Shown here piece after piece: positions 18,372 through 28,811 of a DNA stretch of 64,000 nt (position 1 is its first letter; each line of letters starts with the position of its first letter). Under the pieces are notes generated by a model. That model saw only the letters and a program-made list of their open reading frames with translations, ran no database searches and had not been told where the DNA came from. Origin of the DNA: Candidatus Magasanikiibacteriota bacterium (GTDB lineage: Bacteria > Patescibacteriota > Patescibacteriia > Magasanikbacterales > UBA922); assembly GCA_018650645.1 (NCBI GenBank), contig JABIFP010000027.1, positions 24,379 to 88,378 on the forward strand, in the 5' to 3' direction. The position numbers and the translations under genes are program-made.

Positions 18372-18400
18372 AAGGACACCACTAGTTGGTGTCCTTTTGT
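18372..18400 (+). terminator. rho-independent terminator (AAGGACACC-ACTAGT-TGGTGTCCTT followed by TTTG)
   Basis: Perfect 9-10 bp stem followed by a T-rich tail. Immediately followed by TTGACA-N16-TAGTAT, a promoter for the AbrB/efflux operon. Confidence 0.7.
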
Positions 18401-18474
18401 ATTGACATATATTTGCATCGTGGTAGTATACCTGCTCACTTTACCTTTTAATCCTACATGTAGGAAATATACCT

Positions 18475-18717
18475 ATGTCTACCATGTGTCATAATCAGTT
18501 CTTTGGATCAACAACCGTTGGGGAAAAAGGACAAATTGTCATTCCAGCGGAAGCCAGAAAACTGCTCAATCTGGAAAAAGGAGAGAAGCTTCTCGTATTT
18601 GGCCTTAATGGCGATACGCTTGCACTTGCCAAACTATCTCAATTAGAAGAATTTGCTGCTCACTTGGCCAAAAAATCGACCGACTTAAAGAATATCATTA
18701 ATGAATCGAAAGAATAG
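18475..18717 (+). CDS. AbrB/MazE/SpoVT-family DNA-binding protein
   Basis: VGEKGQIVIPAEARKLLNLEKGEKL swapped-hairpin motif. 80 aa. Heads the HlyD/RND operon. Confidence 0.7.
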   Translation: MSTMCHNQFFGSTTVGEKGQIVIPAEARKLLNLEKGEKLLVFGLNGDTLALAKLSQLEEFAAHLAKKSTDLKNIINESKE

Positions 18718-18723
18718 AACGAT

Positions 18724-20544
18724 ATGTTGAACATTTTTCATAGAAATAAACATTGGTGGGAAGACAAGAAAAAACGACCTATTTTAATTATTGGAGTACT
18801 TGTTATTGCGCTACTTCTTTTTCGTGTTGGACAAGGGCTTATTGGTTCAGCGGATACAGCAATTGATAGTTCGACAGCTGAAGTTGAATTAATTGCAGCA
18901 GCAGATACCATTGCTGCACTCAGTACTGTTCAGGCAAGTGGGGAAGTTAAAGCTGAGGCGCAAGTAGAATTACGCAGTGAGGTTTCAGCTCGCGTGGCCA
19001 GAGTAAATGTGTCGCTAGGGCAAGAAGTTTATGCGGGACAAGTGCTTGTTGTATTTAATAATGGAGGAGTAGTTTCACAGAGAAATGACGCTTGGGCACG
19101 CGTACAAGGGGCACAGGCAGGATTGGAGCAATTTGCGGCAAGTGTAGAGGCTCAGGAAGCGAGATTAGATGAGCTAAAGCGTGGACCTCGTCCAGAAGAA
19201 CTCTCTTCTGCTCAATCTGCATTTGCAAACGCAGACACATCTGTTGAAGTTGCAGAAGCGGCGTATGATGCAGCAATAGAAAAGGCTGCTCAAGATTACG
19301 ACAGTTTGCTCAAAAGCTCTGTTGCAAAACTCGCGCAATCAACGCAGTCTGCAAAAGATGCGACATATACCGTAACAAATGCACAATATACCTATTTTAG
19401 ATCAGTTAATAATGAAGATTCTCGTCAGATTGCTGCAGCTAAAGCGCGTGTAAATAGTATTCTTTTTAATAAAGAAGATACCGGCTTATGGACAGTAGAG
19501 GCGCTATCAAGTATTTCGGGTGGTGTAGAAGATACACTTCTTGCAAATCTTCAGGACCCTTCTGAAACAGAGACTAGAGCTGCTGCGCTAGTTGTAGTAC
19601 AGGGATTGCAGCAAGCAGTGTTGATGTATAACGCTGTTCCACTCAAATCAAATATGACAGCTGCAGACATTGCACTGCTGCAAGCTGGTAAGCAAAGCAT
19701 ACAAGCGGCACTTACGTCAGCAACATCAGTCTCAGAATCATTAGATGTACAGAAAGCTGCAAACGATTCAGCCATTCAGGCTGCTGAAGGAGCTCGGCAG
19801 AATGCTGAGTCAGCATACGATGCCGCAAGAGAGAGATTGCAGCTCGTAAAAGCAGGAGCCGCTCCAGAGCAAATTACAGCTCAAGAGGCTTCATTAAGAC
19901 AGGCTGAAGCATCATATAGAGCGCAACTCGCTCAGCTTAGAAGTGCTCAAGCCTCAGTAGGAAGCGCAGCAGACCAAGTACAAAAAACAATTATCACTGC
20001 ACCAATTAGCGGTAAAATTTCTACTTTGCCAGTAAGAGTAGGGGAACTTGCTTCACCTGGTGCAGTTGTTACATCAATAGTAAATACAAATGCTCTTAAA
20101 GTTACCGCATATATTGATAGCAGTCAGCTTTCATATATTCGGCAAGGAGCTGCAGTAACCATTGGGAACAATGCGACAGGAACCGTAACATTTATTTCAC
20201 CTGCTATTGATCCACTGACTAGAAAAGTAGAGGTTGCGATTAGTGTTGCTGAGCAGCAAACAAACGCTCCACTTGTTGTTGGTCAATATGTCGATGTAGC
20301 AATTGATGCAGCAGAGGCGGATAGAACAATGTTGCAAGCAATTTTACCTTTGCAAGCGGTTGAAGTTACTCCAGAAGGAACAGCGGTATTCATCATTGAA
20401 GACAATATGGTAAAGGCCGTGCCAGTAGAACTCGGAAGAGTGCGAGGAAAATCTGTTGAGGTTATTGCAGGACTTGAAGACGCTCACAATGTTATTTCAT
20501 CTGTGCGCGGACTAGAGGTGGGCGAAACGGTTACAGCAAAATAA
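18724..20544 (+). CDS. efflux transporter periplasmic adaptor (HlyD/membrane-fusion family) with extended coiled coil
   Basis: N-terminal TM, long alpha-helical hairpin region, C-terminal beta-barrel/lipoyl-like segments. Immediately upstream of the RND permease. Confidence 0.75.
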   Translation: MLNIFHRNKHWWEDKKKRPILIIGVLVIALLLFRVGQGLIGSADTAIDSSTAEVELIAAADTIAALSTVQASGEVKAEAQVELRSEVSARVARVNVSLGQEVYAGQVLVVFNNGGVVSQRNDAWARVQGAQAGLEQFAASVEAQEARLDELKRGPRPEELSSAQSAFANADTSVEVAEAAYDAAIEKAAQDYDSLLKSSVAKLAQSTQSAKDATYTVTNAQYTYFRSVNNEDSRQIAAAKARVNSILFNKEDTGLWTVEALSSISGGVEDTLLANLQDPSETETRAAALVVVQGLQQAVLMYNAVPLKSNMTAADIALLQAGKQSIQAALTSATSVSESLDVQKAANDSAIQAAEGARQNAESAYDAARERLQLVKAGAAPEQITAQEASLRQAEASYRAQLAQLRSAQASVGSAADQVQKTIITAPISGKISTLPVRVGELASPGAVVTSIVNTNALKVTAYIDSSQLSYIRQGAAVTIGNNATGTVTFISPAIDPLTRKVEVAISVAEQQTNAPLVVGQYVDVAIDAAEADRTMLQAILPLQAVEVTPEGTAVFIIEDNMVKAVPVELGRVRGKSVEVIAGLEDAHNVISSVRGLEVGETVTAK

Positions 20545-20545
20545 T

Positions 20546-23500
20546 ATGTTACAGTTTTGGAATTTCTTCATTAAGAATAGTAAATTTACGCTCCTTCTTG
20601 CTGCTTCAGCAGCCTTATTTGGGCTTGTTGCAGCTGCACAAATGCCAAAAGAATCTCAGCCACAGGTAAACATTCCAATTGGCGTAGTAAATACAGTATT
20701 TCCTGGAGCCAGTGTAGAAGATGTAGAAGAACTTATTACAAATACGATTGAAGATAAGCTCTCTGGTCTTGATCAAGTAGAGGAAATTACTTCGCAGTCA
20801 AAGAGTGGAATCTCTTCGGTTGTTGTCCAGTTTAGTGCTGACGCAGATACAGATGAAATGATTGGCGATCTAAAAGATGCTGTTGATCTCGCTAAAATCG
20901 ACTTACCTGATGAGGCTAATGATCCAATTGTTAGACAAGTGAGTTTAGATGATCAGCCATTTCTTACCCTAGCACTAAGCGGGCCGTTTGATGTGGCACA
21001 GCTAAAAGTGTATGCAGATGAATTGAAATCTGAAATTGAACGAGTTGGAAATATTTCAGCCGTACAAATTTTGGGTGGAAGAGATAGGGAAGTGCAGGTC
21101 GTTGTAAATAAAGAATCATTAGACAACTTCAATCTGTCACTGCCAGCTGTAGTTCAGGCAATCTCACAGGCAAATTCAGACATTCCCATCGGATCGATTA
21201 TTACTGGTGGAGAGGAATTTTCACTTCGATTTGCCGGAAGATTAGCGTCAGCTGATGAAGTAGCTAATGTTGCTATTACTGCAATTGATGGTGTGCCAGT
21301 ATTTGTAAGAGATATTGCTACCGTAAGTGATGGTTATACTGAGCCTGTTAAATCAGTGCAACTAAGTACCGCTGGAGCTTCAGCAGAAGCTGCGGTTTCA
21401 ATTCGAGTATTTAAATCTGACGGCGGGGGAGACGTGACGAAAATCGCAGCAGAGATTATTGAGCTATCAAAAACTGTTTCAGCAGAACGATTTCCTGGCG
21501 CAGTAAGCGTGCAAACAACTGAAAACCTGGCTGATTATATTCAGGAGGACCTTACGGGTCTCATGAGAAATGGAATTGCTACAGTAATAATTGTATCGCT
21601 TCTTCTTGCACTCTTTTTGGGGTGGAGAGAAGCGCTTATGGCTGCAATCGCCATTCCAATGTCGTTTCTGATTACCTTCATTATTCTGTTTTACGCAGGA
21701 TACACAATTAATTTCATGACATTGTTTTCACTTATCCTTTCATTGGGGATTTTGGTGGATAGTACTATTGTGATTAATGAGAGTCTGAACAAAAAAATGC
21801 TAACCGGAAAGCCGGCGCGAGAAGCTGCGTTAGAGAGTGTAAAAGAATTGCAGTTTCCACTCATTACCGGAACACTCACAACAATTTTTGCTTTTTTGCC
21901 TATGCTTTTGACTGGCGGCATGATGGGGCAATTCATTAAAACCATTCCTATTACCGTAACAGCAGTACTTACAGCATCACTATTTGTTGCGTTAGCAATT
22001 TTAACAACACTTACGGTAGTTATTACAGAAAGAAAACGAAAGAAGCTAAAAGTTGCTGACCATCCCGTGCAGGCAGAAAAGACTCGCTTTTCAAAGATTT
22101 TTGACGATGCAAGAACAGCGTACGGAGTACAGTTACGTTCATTTATGAATAGCGCCGCAAAAAGAAAGAACCTCAAGCGTTTGCTTATTGTGCTCTTTAT
22201 TCTTATGTATGCGCTTCCAATGTCTGGGATTTTGCGCACAGAGCTGTTTCCACCAGAAGATGCAGACTCGTTTGCGATCGATTTACAAAAAGATTTTGGA
22301 ACACCACTTGAACAAACCCAGCTATCCATAACAAGCTTGGCTGAAGAGCTATACGCAGACGAGCGAGTTGCATCGCTTGTTATTAATAGCGGATTCAGTG
22401 GAGCGCTCGGAAGTCAGTCTGGCGGCGGTGAGGGATCTCACTTGGCGCACATTATGGTAAACCTTAATAAAGATCGTGATCAAGCGAGCTTTGATGTACT
22501 TGATGAGTATCAGGAAAAGTTTGCATCAGCACCGCAAGGAACGATTTCTGTTACGCAACCCGGATATGGTCCTGGAGCAGCAGCCCCGGTTGAACTTACA
22601 ATCACGGGAGACGATCTAAAAACCCTTGATGAACTCGCAGCTCAAATTACGACGCTGGTGAGTTCTATTGAAGGAACACAAAACGTAAAAAGTTCAGTTA
22701 TTAGTACAAATGGACAGTTTGTGACCTATATTGATCGCGCACGAGCGGCACAATATGGTGTAACCGCATCAGATGTTGCCTTTGTGCTCAGAACAGCGGT
22801 TAATGGCGTATCTGCAACAGAAATCTCTCAAGACGGAGAGGATGTTGATGTAACCGTACGCTATGGACTCTCTAACGCCGCATTTGCTCCTGAGACAGTA
22901 AATAAGCGTTCAGTTGACCTATCTACCATAGAAGGTCTTACTATCTCAACACGGGAAGGCAACGTGCCGCTTTTGGCACTTGCAGATATACGATTAGATA
23001 ATAGCAGATCTGGAATTTCTCATGAAGACACAAATCGTGTGGTAAAGGTAACCAGTTACTTAAGTAGCGCCGTTTCGCCGGCGCAAGTATTTGGAGCTAT
23101 TGATAGTCGACTCAGTGAAATTGAGCTGCCAGAGGGCTATACAGTAGCTGCAGGTGGAGAAGATGAGGAAACACAGGAATCACTTAACGATATGTTCCGT
23201 GCAATGATACTTGCCGCAATTTTGATTGCCGCACTTATGGTCTTGCAGTTCCAATCGTTCAGACAGGCATTCATTATTCTGACAACTATTCCTCTTGCAC
23301 TGATTGGTGTATTCCCAGGATTGCTGCTCGTTGGGCAACCACTGAGTTTCCCGGGAATGATTGGGATTGTTGCGCTTGCAGGTATTGTGGTAAATAATGC
23401 CATTATCCTTATCGATAAAATTAACTTGAGTCAAAAGCAGGGAATGAATGTGCAAGACGCATTAGTGGCTGGAGGACAGGCAAGACTAGAGCCGATTATT

Positions 23501-23665
23501 CTGACAACTATTACAACAGTGTTTGGTATTTTACCACTCGCACTTACACAGCCACTTTGGGCATCGCTTGGATATGCAATTATCTTTGGGCTATTGTTCT
23601 CAACAATGTTGACGCTGTTTGTTGTGCCACTGCTGTATAATCGATTGTATAAAAACAAAAAGTAA
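20546..23665 (+). CDS. RND superfamily efflux permease (AcrB/AcrD/AcrF family)
   Basis: 1039 aa with 12 TM helices and two large periplasmic loops. Conserved AcrB-like TM4/TM10 regions. Confidence 0.9.
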   Translation: MLQFWNFFIKNSKFTLLLAASAALFGLVAAAQMPKESQPQVNIPIGVVNTVFPGASVEDVEELITNTIEDKLSGLDQVEEITSQSKSGISSVVVQFSADADTDEMIGDLKDAVDLAKIDLPDEANDPIVRQVSLDDQPFLTLALSGPFDVAQLKVYADELKSEIERVGNISAVQILGGRDREVQVVVNKESLDNFNLSLPAVVQAISQANSDIPIGSIITGGEEFSLRFAGRLASADEVANVAITAIDGVPVFVRDIATVSDGYTEPVKSVQLSTAGASAEAAVSIRVFKSDGGGDVTKIAAEIIELSKTVSAERFPGAVSVQTTENLADYIQEDLTGLMRNGIATVIIVSLLLALFLGWREALMAAIAIPMSFLITFIILFYAGYTINFMTLFSLILSLGILVDSTIVINESLNKKMLTGKPAREAALESVKELQFPLITGTLTTIFAFLPMLLTGGMMGQFIKTIPITVTAVLTASLFVALAILTTLTVVITERKRKKLKVADHPVQAEKTRFSKIFDDARTAYGVQLRSFMNSAAKRKNLKRLLIVLFILMYALPMSGILRTELFPPEDADSFAIDLQKDFGTPLEQTQLSITSLAEELYADERVASLVINSGFSGALGSQSGGGEGSHLAHIMVNLNKDRDQASFDVLDEYQEKFASAPQGTISVTQPGYGPGAAAPVELTITGDDLKTLDELAAQITTLVSSIEGTQNVKSSVISTNGQFVTYIDRARAAQYGVTASDVAFVLRTAVNGVSATEISQDGEDVDVTVRYGLSNAAFAPETVNKRSVDLSTIEGLTISTREGNVPLLALADIRLDNSRSGISHEDTNRVVKVTSYLSSAVSPAQVFGAIDSRLSEIELPEGYTVAAGGEDEETQESLNDMFRAMILAAILIAALMVLQFQSFRQAFIILTTIPLALIGVFPGLLLVGQPLSFPGMIGIVALAGIVVNNAIILIDKINLSQKQGMNVQDALVAGGQARLEPIILTTITTVFGILPLALTQPLWASLGYAIIFGLLFSTMLTLFVVPLLYNRLYKNKK

Positions 23666-23682
23666 TTTCTAGGACATAATAA

Positions 23683-23712
23683 AAGATGCGCTTTGATGCG
23701 CATCTTTTATTA
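23683..23712 (+). terminator. bidirectional terminator hairpin AAAAGATGCGC-TTTGAT-GCGCATCTTTT
   Basis: Perfect 11-bp palindromic stem with A/T flanks, just after the RND gene stop. Confidence 0.7.
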
Positions 23713-24495
23713 TAGAACCACTAAGAAGGGGAGAGAGAGCCTATTTCAGGAGGATAAACATCTAGTGGCAACAAACTATATGTTCCTTGCCAGAGATGTG
23801 CAGGTTTGTTTGTAACTGAGCAAATATACGTATGAATAGGAATGGCAAAAAATAAAGTTGCAGGCGAAGCAATAATTCTGTGGAAGCGGGGAAGACAGAA
23901 GAAAGTGATGGATGGTTTGATATGTAAGGCTGAGTAGCCAAGATTATATGTCAGGAGAGAATATATGCGGCGTCGCACAATGTATCTTATGCGACACATA
24001 CACACTGGAATAGGTATAATGAACCGTATTAGCGCCGCAGGAATCACTTGTACATTGGTTCCTTTGTTTATTAAAATATATATAAACTCTCGTGTGCAAT
24101 TTCATTTTTTATCAAAAACATATATCTGACTAATCAAATACGTTCGCATTCAAGCCTGCCCATAGGCCTATCATTGGTGTTTACATGAGTTCTACTAGGT
24201 CTTTTCTGTAACTCCTTGCCCTACTTCCCCGTTCTTGTCGTGCGTGCATCAATGTGCGACACAACAGCAAGTCGGTTTAAATACACAAGGTATGGTAGGC
24301 CATCTTTTATTCAAAATAATTGGGCTGAGTGTAGGTAATTATACTCTTTATCCATAGCTCCCCCTGCTCCCCTGTGACAGTTAGATAATAATACCGCTAC
24401 ACAATGTGCGACACCTAATAAACCCTGCGGGTATGCCTGAACAAAAAAAACAGAACATGCTATGCATGCCCTGCTCTTCTTCCCTACGTAGTAGT

Positions 24496-25236
24496 TTATA
24501 GGAACTGTTCAATCATCGGTTTTACATTTTCAAATGGTAGTGCTCCGTTAATCGGTAACTTGTCTCCGTTAGGACCAACAATTACTGAGTATGGAGTTCC
24601 ATTCGCACCAGCTCTTGAACCACTGGCTGTATCGTCAGCAAGTTTTGAGGCAAATGTTTGCTTCTGAACACAGGTTTCATATTTAGCAGTGTTTAGACCA
24701 ACTTCAGCAGCAATCTTCTTTAATCCTGCTGTATCAATACCACTCTGCTGTCGTTCTATTGCAAGGTCTAAGAACTCCCAGAATTTTCCTTGATCACCTG
24801 CGCACTCAGCTGCCAATGCCGCAGGTTTTGCATTCGGGTGAAAGCTCAGTGGAAAATGTCTGTACACCCACCGTACATCACCATCAAATTCATCCATTAC
24901 TTGATTCATTGTTGCGTGGAATTTTGAACAGAATGGGCATTCAATATCTGAGTATTCAACAATTGTGATCTTAGCATCTTTGTCTCCTCTAATGTGGTCT
25001 TTCTTTTCATCTACCTCCGCAAGGTTGATAGCTACTGGTGCAGACGGTGCGTTATTATCTGCTGGAAGAACAACACTCGGTGCATTATCCCGCGCTGGCG
25101 CTGTGTCACCATTTAGGTATCCAGGCAGAAGAATAAAAAAGAAGATTGTACATAGTACGAGGATTCCTTCTACAATACCAAATACAAAAATTTGCATCGG
25201 GCTAAGAGAATCCATAAAAGATTGCTTTTGCTCCAT
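24496..25236 (-). CDS. DsbA-family thiol:disulfide oxidoreductase, membrane-anchored
   Basis: CPFC active site (IECPFCSKFH). N-terminal TM helix. Confidence 0.8.
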   Translation of the reverse strand: MEQKQSFMDSLSPMQIFVFGIVEGILVLCTIFFFILLPGYLNGDTAPARDNAPSVVLPADNNAPSAPVAINLAEVDEKKDHIRGDKDAKITIVEYSDIECPFCSKFHATMNQVMDEFDGDVRWVYRHFPLSFHPNAKPAALAAECAGDQGKFWEFLDLAIERQQSGIDTAGLKKIAAEVGLNTAKYETCVQKQTFASKLADDTASGSRAGANGTPYSVIVGPNGDKLPINGALPFENVKPMIEQFL

Positions 25237-25315
25237 AACATTACGTTTAGTGAATAGTTGCTGTAGTGTATCATGCGGTACCTAACCAAACAAGACAGGT
25301 ATATCTGTGTATAAC

Positions 25316-26587
25316 CTAGTAGTCCTTCATGAGGTATGCAATTGGGTTGACTGGAATACCATCTTTTCTTACTTCAAAGTGCAAATGCGGACCTGTTACA
25401 AATGGTCCCGCTCCTACCGTTCCAGGAGTTCCACCTGAATATCCTATAACATCTCCCCTGGCTACAAATTGATCCTGTGAGACAGTAATGCGGCTCATAT
25501 GACCATATACCGTTGACATTCCATTAGAATGCACGAGCATGACATACGAGTAGCAAGAAGCTGAATCACAATGTCTTGCGCGCCCAACATAGCCTGATGC
25601 AGCAGCCTTTAGCGGTGTGCCATGTGCGGCTCTAATATCAACAGCATTATGTTCAAAAATATGTCTATACGGATAACTCGGGTCTCTAAACCGAGCAGTA
25701 ATATACCGGCTCTGTGTTGGCCAAGATAATATAAAGTCACCATCTTCCTCAATGTTTTTAAACTTGTCTTGCTCTCTGAGCTTCCGTCTTACTTCCTGCT
25801 CAATACCTGTAATATCATTCTCAATGCGTTGGTATTGGCTCTTTAAACTTGAAATAAGCGATTTAAATGTAAGCTCAGACGATCTCGTCTGCGCTAAAAG
25901 ATCTTCTTTTGCAAACTGCTGCTCAACTAAATCTTTTTTCTTTTGCTCAAGTTCTTTAGCAAGCGCAGCGTAGCGAATCTGTCTGTCTTCTCGCTGCTCG
26001 CGTTCTGACTTTAGCTGCAATGAATGCTTCTTCATTGATGCAATTGATCCCCCTAAACTCCTATCAATCGTCTTTAGGTATTGAAGGTTATCGTAAAACT
26101 GCGAAAGGTTGTCATGTGTAAGTGCAACTTCTAAATATGATCGCTGTTCTTGAATGTAGAGCATTCGCAGCAATTGCGACAAAATATCGCGCTGTTTTTC
26201 AATAACCGTTTCTTTTTCTTCAATAGATACATTAAGTGATTCAATTTCGAGTGCAAGCGCTTCGCCCTTTTGCTCAACAAGCTCAACATCAAGCCCTACT
26301 TGCGCAACGTGATTATCTAAAAGACCAATTTGATTTGAAAGTGAAATCGCCTCTACCTTTGTACCTGCAATTCTGCGTTTGTACTCATTAATACTCCTCT
26401 CAATCTGCTTCACCTCTTGCCGTTTTGATTCAATTTTTTTGTTTAATTCAATGAGGTCTTGTTTTGATGAAGCCGTCTCCCCTTCTTGTGAATATGAAAC
26501 TCCTGGTAACCAAATAAGGCTCAGTAAGAGAAATAAAAATGGGACATAGCGCCAGAATCTGCTCATATGTCCCATAGTATACCACAC
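25316..26587 (-). CDS. M23-family peptidoglycan metalloendopeptidase with N-terminal coiled coil (EnvC-like)
   Basis: Signal peptide, long coiled coil, and a C-terminal LytM domain (HNAVDI...GPHLHFEV). Confidence 0.85.
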   Translation of the reverse strand: MWYTMGHMSRFWRYVPFLFLLLSLIWLPGVSYSQEGETASSKQDLIELNKKIESKRQEVKQIERSINEYKRRIAGTKVEAISLSNQIGLLDNHVAQVGLDVELVEQKGEALALEIESLNVSIEEKETVIEKQRDILSQLLRMLYIQEQRSYLEVALTHDNLSQFYDNLQYLKTIDRSLGGSIASMKKHSLQLKSEREQREDRQIRYAALAKELEQKKKDLVEQQFAKEDLLAQTRSSELTFKSLISSLKSQYQRIENDITGIEQEVRRKLREQDKFKNIEEDGDFILSWPTQSRYITARFRDPSYPYRHIFEHNAVDIRAAHGTPLKAAASGYVGRARHCDSASCYSYVMLVHSNGMSTVYGHMSRITVSQDQFVARGDVIGYSGGTPGTVGAGPFVTGPHLHFEVRKDGIPVNPIAYLMKDY

Positions 26588-26604
26588 GATTGTGTGTCCT
26601 GGAA

Positions 26605-28086
26605 TTATAGTTGTGCAATAGCTTCCTCAATTCTGCCTTTAGTCTTACCCTTCCCTATTGCTGCGGCTATTTCAAATGGACTTGGTGAATTTTTTTGCCC
26701 TGATAGAGAAATTCGTAACGGCCAAAGGACATTACCTGCGCCATATCCCTTTTCGGTTATCCATCCGCGTAATGACGATTCAATGTTCTCAAGTGTCCAT
26801 TCGCTTATTCCCTCTAAAAGCGCCTTAGCCTCTGTTAACATGTGCTTTGCCTCTGCTGCATCTGCTTTCTTCCAAACAAGAAGAGAAGGTTCATAACTAA
26901 GTGAGTCTGCAAACACAAACCCAAGCGCTTCAGGAAGCTCCTGTAGCGCACTTACGCGTGAACGCTCCATATCAATCGCCTGTAAATACATGCTATCTGA
27001 TGCAGTAAGATCAGAAACATCTATTCCCGAATTTACAAAATGCGGCCACGCACGTTTTCCAATTTCCTCAAGTGGCAAACTCATTAGATACTGCTTATTC
27101 ATCCACGCTAGTTTTTCTCTATTAAACACTGACGCCGAATTTCCTACTCCACTCAGACTGAACGCTTCTTCAAGTTCTGCAACGGTAAACAATTCTCGCT
27201 CATCGCCTGGATTCCAACCTAGTAGTGCAACAAAATTTACTAATGCTTCCGGCAAAATACCGTTTTCTTTAAAGTCCTCAATGCTTACATCACCATGTCT
27301 CTTGCTAAGCTTTTGCTTTTGCTCATTTATTAAGAGTGAAAGATGCCCATAAGAAGGCACGTCCCATCCAAATGCTTCAAATAAAAGCACATGTTTTGGT
27401 GTAGATGGTAACCATTCTTCCCCACGAATTACATGGGTCACTTCCATAAGATGATCATCAACCACATGCGCTAAATGGTATGTTGGGAACCCATCAGCTT
27501 TCTGCAATACTTGATCATCAATTTCTTTTGTACTAAACGAAATTTCTCCTCGTACCAAATCAGTAAAGGCTACTCGTCCGTCTTCTGGAACAGCAAAACG
27601 CACAACATGCGGTTCTTTGGCATCAAGTTTAGTTTGCAACTCCTCAGCACTAAGCGTAAAGCTGTTTTTCATTGCATGACGCTCATATCTGGTTGGCTGT
27701 TTGTTGAGCATCTGTCGATTTCTCATTTCTTCTAATTCTTCTGATGTATCAAAAGCGTAATATGCCTTTTTTGCATCTACAAGTTCTTGTGTATATTTAC
27801 TATATAGTTCTAAACGCTCTGACTGAATATAAGGACCAAGCGTTCCTTTCTGTACAACTGAATCACTTTCTAAATCTACTCCCTCATCAATTGTGATTCC
27901 TGCCCATTGTAAGGCTCGTACCATGTTTTCAACGGCACCATCGACTAGTCGAGTTCTGTCGGTGTCTTCAACGCGAAGCATAAATGTTCCACCCTGTTTT
28001 CGCGCATAAAGATATGCAAAGAGAGCCGTTCTGAGGCCTCCTACATGGAGAAATCCGGTTGGACTTGGGGCAAATCGAGTTTTCAT
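26605..28086 (-). CDS. gltX: glutamate--tRNA ligase
   Basis: Class I HIGH motif (PSPTGFLHVGG) and KMSKS-type KLSKR. Confidence 0.9.
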   Translation of the reverse strand: MKTRFAPSPTGFLHVGGLRTALFAYLYARKQGGTFMLRVEDTDRTRLVDGAVENMVRALQWAGITIDEGVDLESDSVVQKGTLGPYIQSERLELYSKYTQELVDAKKAYYAFDTSEELEEMRNRQMLNKQPTRYERHAMKNSFTLSAEELQTKLDAKEPHVVRFAVPEDGRVAFTDLVRGEISFSTKEIDDQVLQKADGFPTYHLAHVVDDHLMEVTHVIRGEEWLPSTPKHVLLFEAFGWDVPSYGHLSLLINEQKQKLSKRHGDVSIEDFKENGILPEALVNFVALLGWNPGDERELFTVAELEEAFSLSGVGNSASVFNREKLAWMNKQYLMSLPLEEIGKRAWPHFVNSGIDVSDLTASDSMYLQAIDMERSRVSALQELPEALGFVFADSLSYEPSLLVWKKADAAEAKHMLTEAKALLEGISEWTLENIESSLRGWITEKGYGAGNVLWPLRISLSGQKNSPSPFEIAAAIGKGKTKGRIEEAIAQL

Positions 28087-28811
28087 ACAGTTAATCTTGA
28101 AAATACTATAGCTGCTGCAATGGCAGCGTTGAGCGATTCTGTTTCATTTCCTCCGGCAATAGTGTAACGATTATCAAGAGCAGTTTCAAGTTCAGGAGAT
28201 ATGCCATGTGACTCACTTCCAACAACAAGTACAACATTCCCCTCAAGAAGAGAAGCATCATCGCTTCCCTGCATATCAAGTCCTGTAATCGTATACCCAT
28301 CTTGTTTCAGTATTTCAATAAGAGCTGGGTCGCCAACACGCGGTACTATTCTAAAGAGTGATCCCATAGATGCACGGAGCGCCTTCTCATTATATGGATC
28401 GCTACAGCCAGGCCCCAATACTATCTGTGTAATACCAAACCATTCAGCTGTTCTAAATATTGTTCCAAGATTACCTGGGTCTGCAATACCATCAAGATAC
28501 ACAATTGGTCCCTTTCGCACGAGCTCTTTAGCCTGTGGAATAGCAACCACTGCTAAAATGCCAGAAAAAGTTACTGTTGATGTCAGTTTTTTTGCTTCAT
28601 CATCAAAAATATCGAAAATTTCAATCTCATGCTCGGCAGGAATCGGTGCCCCTCTATATGAATCCGCGAGTACAATAAACGCTACCTGTGCTCCTGAACG
28701 AATCGCTTCAAATACTCCCTTCTCGCCTTCAATAATACACTTCTGCATTTCTGTGCGATGCTTTTTGTTTTGGAGTTTACGTATCAATGTTTTTTTTGCG
28801 TCTGAAAGCAT
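28083..28811 (-). CDS. TrmH/SpoU-family RNA 2'-O-methyltransferase
   Basis: SPOUT motifs LDGIADPGNLGTIFRTAEWFG and a C-terminal knot region. Confidence 0.8.
   Translation of the reverse strand: MLSDAKKTLIRKLQNKKHRTEMQKCIIEGEKGVFEAIRSGAQVAFIVLADSYRGAPIPAEHEIEIFDIFDDEAKKLTSTVTFSGILAVVAIPQAKELVRKGPIVYLDGIADPGNLGTIFRTAEWFGITQIVLGPGCSDPYNEKALRASMGSLFRIVPRVGDPALIEILKQDGYTITGLDMQGSDDASLLEGNVVLVVGSESHGISPELETALDNRYTIAGGNETESLNAAIAAAIVFSRLTV

Noticed and set aside
23721-24047. 108-aa minus-strand ORF in the 830-bp intergenic gap
   Set aside because: Ile/Arg/Pro-rich low complexity with no SD. The region reads better as non-coding. Kept as part of the intergenic finding instead.
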